NCBI RefSeq assembly: GCF_964355755.1
Contig: NC_092675.1
Location: forward strand, 5,327,812-5,391,811
Source: Antedon mediterranea
Lineage: Eukaryota; Animalia; Echinodermata
Direction: 5' to 3'
Length of the DNA: 64,000 bases
Made by a program: the position numbers and the translations under genes. Shown one piece after another: positions 62,040-64,000 of this stretch. The stretch's first letter is position 1. The number at the start of each line of letters is the position of its first letter. The notes beneath the pieces are model-generated. The model searched no databases and had not been told where the DNA came from. It was given only the letters and a program-made list of their open reading frames with translations.

Positions 62040-62533
62040 TTAGGCTTTCTCTTTGGTCACACAAGAGTGCAGTGGGTGGAAAAGACGTCTGGAATGGAAT
62101 TAGCACTTCCTGGATAAACAAAGATTGTCGAGAAAGAAAGTGTACTCGAGCAGCAGACACCGTCGTTATAAAATTGATTTTCAAGTGTGTTAATTGTTTA
62201 GTTTACGGTGGATTTTTTGTCTTTGCAATCCGTAGGATGTCAAACTAAAAAGTGAGCTTGTTTATACGGTTATTGTGGTATATAATGATTGACAATTCGT
62301 AGGCCTACGAGTCCCTGCACCACACTCACCCGGACCCCACTCACACCCAATCCAGCCTACTCGATCGTTTGCTGTTGTAGAATAGAGGCCAATATATAGT
62401 AATACTCTTTCTACTACTAATCATCTCTACTTTTTCTAATCAAGTTTAATAAAAAACATATTTTCACTTTTTAGGGTATTGCCTAACGGTCGCAAAAATC
62501 GTCTAGGATTTTCACCCAGACGTCGGTATCCAG
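62040..62533 (+). other. Possible 5' UTR exons of an unidentified divergent plus-strand gene
   Basis: Donor A|GTGAGC at 62252; a clean 59-nt internal exon 62475-62533 (TTTTCACTTTTTAG| ... CAG|GTAAGG); no recognisable coding sequence in the window. Confidence 0.4.
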
Positions 62534-63887
62534 GTAAGGTCATACAATTTTACAAATCTATTAGTATTAGTAAATTACTCATTCATTGCCTTTTTTGTCC
62601 TTCGGATGGGATGTAAAGCCGTTGGTCCTGTTTACATCACATACCTGTTTAGTGCATTTTAGATAAAGAATTGAAGTTGTTGACCAGAATTATTGGGCAT
62701 ATAGGCCTATAACAAAATATGCCCATTTATTTTCAGAAACATTTATATATTGGTGACATCACAAAACTTATGTGGTTTTTTTTTGTATTTCGTATTTCGC
62801 TCAGTTTCTGAGCGCTTAATTTATTTATGTTGTTAGTATGTTCCCTCTACTGTCAGGAAGAGCCTAGTTAGTTTTCATTTAAATGTTTTAATCTGATGTT
62901 TGTGGTTAATGATGACTAATCATTCATGTATCGCTATCGGTAATGTTTGAAATCAGACGCATTTTATTTAGGTCGCGATACAGATAAATCCAACTTCCGA
63001 TATTTAGTATAGCATCAACATCACTAGCTAATAAATGTACTAATTTCCCCACCCCCCCCCCCCCCAAAAAAAAAGATTTGTCTAGGAAATGGTGACTGAG
63101 TTAATTTTTTCCCCGCCATTGGTTTTTACAGTAAACCTATTTTAGAGAATCAACATGAAAAAGTTGTATCCAACCTGATTAATTGCGTCTAATAATTTTT
63201 CATGAAAAAGGGGTAAAGGAAGTGAAACCATAAATAAATGGCGGAAGCCTGTCAAAAAACCAACCAGGCCCCAGACAACTTGGCCCCAAGTCAACTCGGC
63301 CACATGTAATTTCTTGACCTCAAAATAGGGGTAACCATACAGTACAATAACCGTAATATAAAAATTGGCTTAAAAACTGTTTTAATTGTTATACTTAAAA
63401 AATAAAAGTACTGTAAAGTACTGTAAGTGATGATGTACAGTAAATACTGTATTAGGTGTAATTTATAGTCTGGTGAACTAATTTGATCAAAAATAGATAC
63501 TTATACAATACAGAAGATAAAGATCTATTGTGTGTCTGATTTTACATCCTATAGAATAGGTTTTCCTTTGGCCTGAAGCTTTATTGTATAGTACCTACAG
63601 TGTGATGAGGTTGCACTTTTTAAACCCTCAATAATGTCATAGACCACAAAGAAGCTTGTTGTGTACACAAATAACTGGATGTGTTTACATTAGAGGAACC
63701 TTTAATATCCTTTTGTGTCTTACTTTACTGTGAAAGTGGCTATCGGCTAATACATAATATCAATAATAGGTTTTCTATGGTGGACTGTGCAAAACCATAC
63801 CGTGCCAACAAGACTTTCAACTATATGCACAGGAGATTGACCATGTCAATAGCCTCATACATTATTTTTTGTAATAAATAATTTCCT

Positions 63888-64000
63888 TTAAGCTCTGTCT
63901 ACACTATCACTTTATGCGTAAAACACATGATGTGCCTATATATATTATGATGATGTTATAACACTACCATATTTGGGTATATCACTACCATATTTAGGTA
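63888..64000. mobile_element. GTCTACACTA-family MITE copy, cut by the window end
   Basis: TAAGCTCTGTCTACACTATCA followed by ACTACCATATTTGGG units. Confidence 0.8.

Overview
AT-rich (roughly 30% GC by eye), intron-rich eukaryotic DNA, most consistent with an invertebrate metazoan, plausibly a deuterostome such as an echinoderm (inference from gene content and SINE types). By following GT/GC-AG boundaries and exon phase I reconstructed four spliced genes, all on the minus strand: the 5' part of an EF-hand gene resembling EFCAB6 (runs off the left edge), a complete 32-exon CDH23/CDHR2/Cad87A-type cadherin (about 1408 aa; 10 EC repeats + membrane-adjacent domain + TM + PDZ tail), a RASSF2/4/6-type gene (about 330 aa) and a complete FNIP1/2-type gene (about 1115 aa, with one probable GC-AG intron). 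There may be non-coding first exons of a divergent plus-strand gene near 62 kb. Introns and intergenic DNA hold Deu/Nin-type and CORE-type tRNA SINEs, a 5S-rRNA-headed SINE-like insert, many MITE families, a Helentron-like element and several tandem duplications, including a 4 x 253-bp array with two hairpins per unit. Most short ORFs in the track are spurious. The most interesting signals are the strong excess of TAGGCCTA and TACAGTA/TACTGTA words (possible transposon excision footprints), the 5S+CORE chimaeric SINE, the hairpin array, and MiT/TFE-type motifs clustered in FNIP. No prokaryotic-type system (CRISPR, operon) is present. All family assignments come from remembered motifs, not from database searches.
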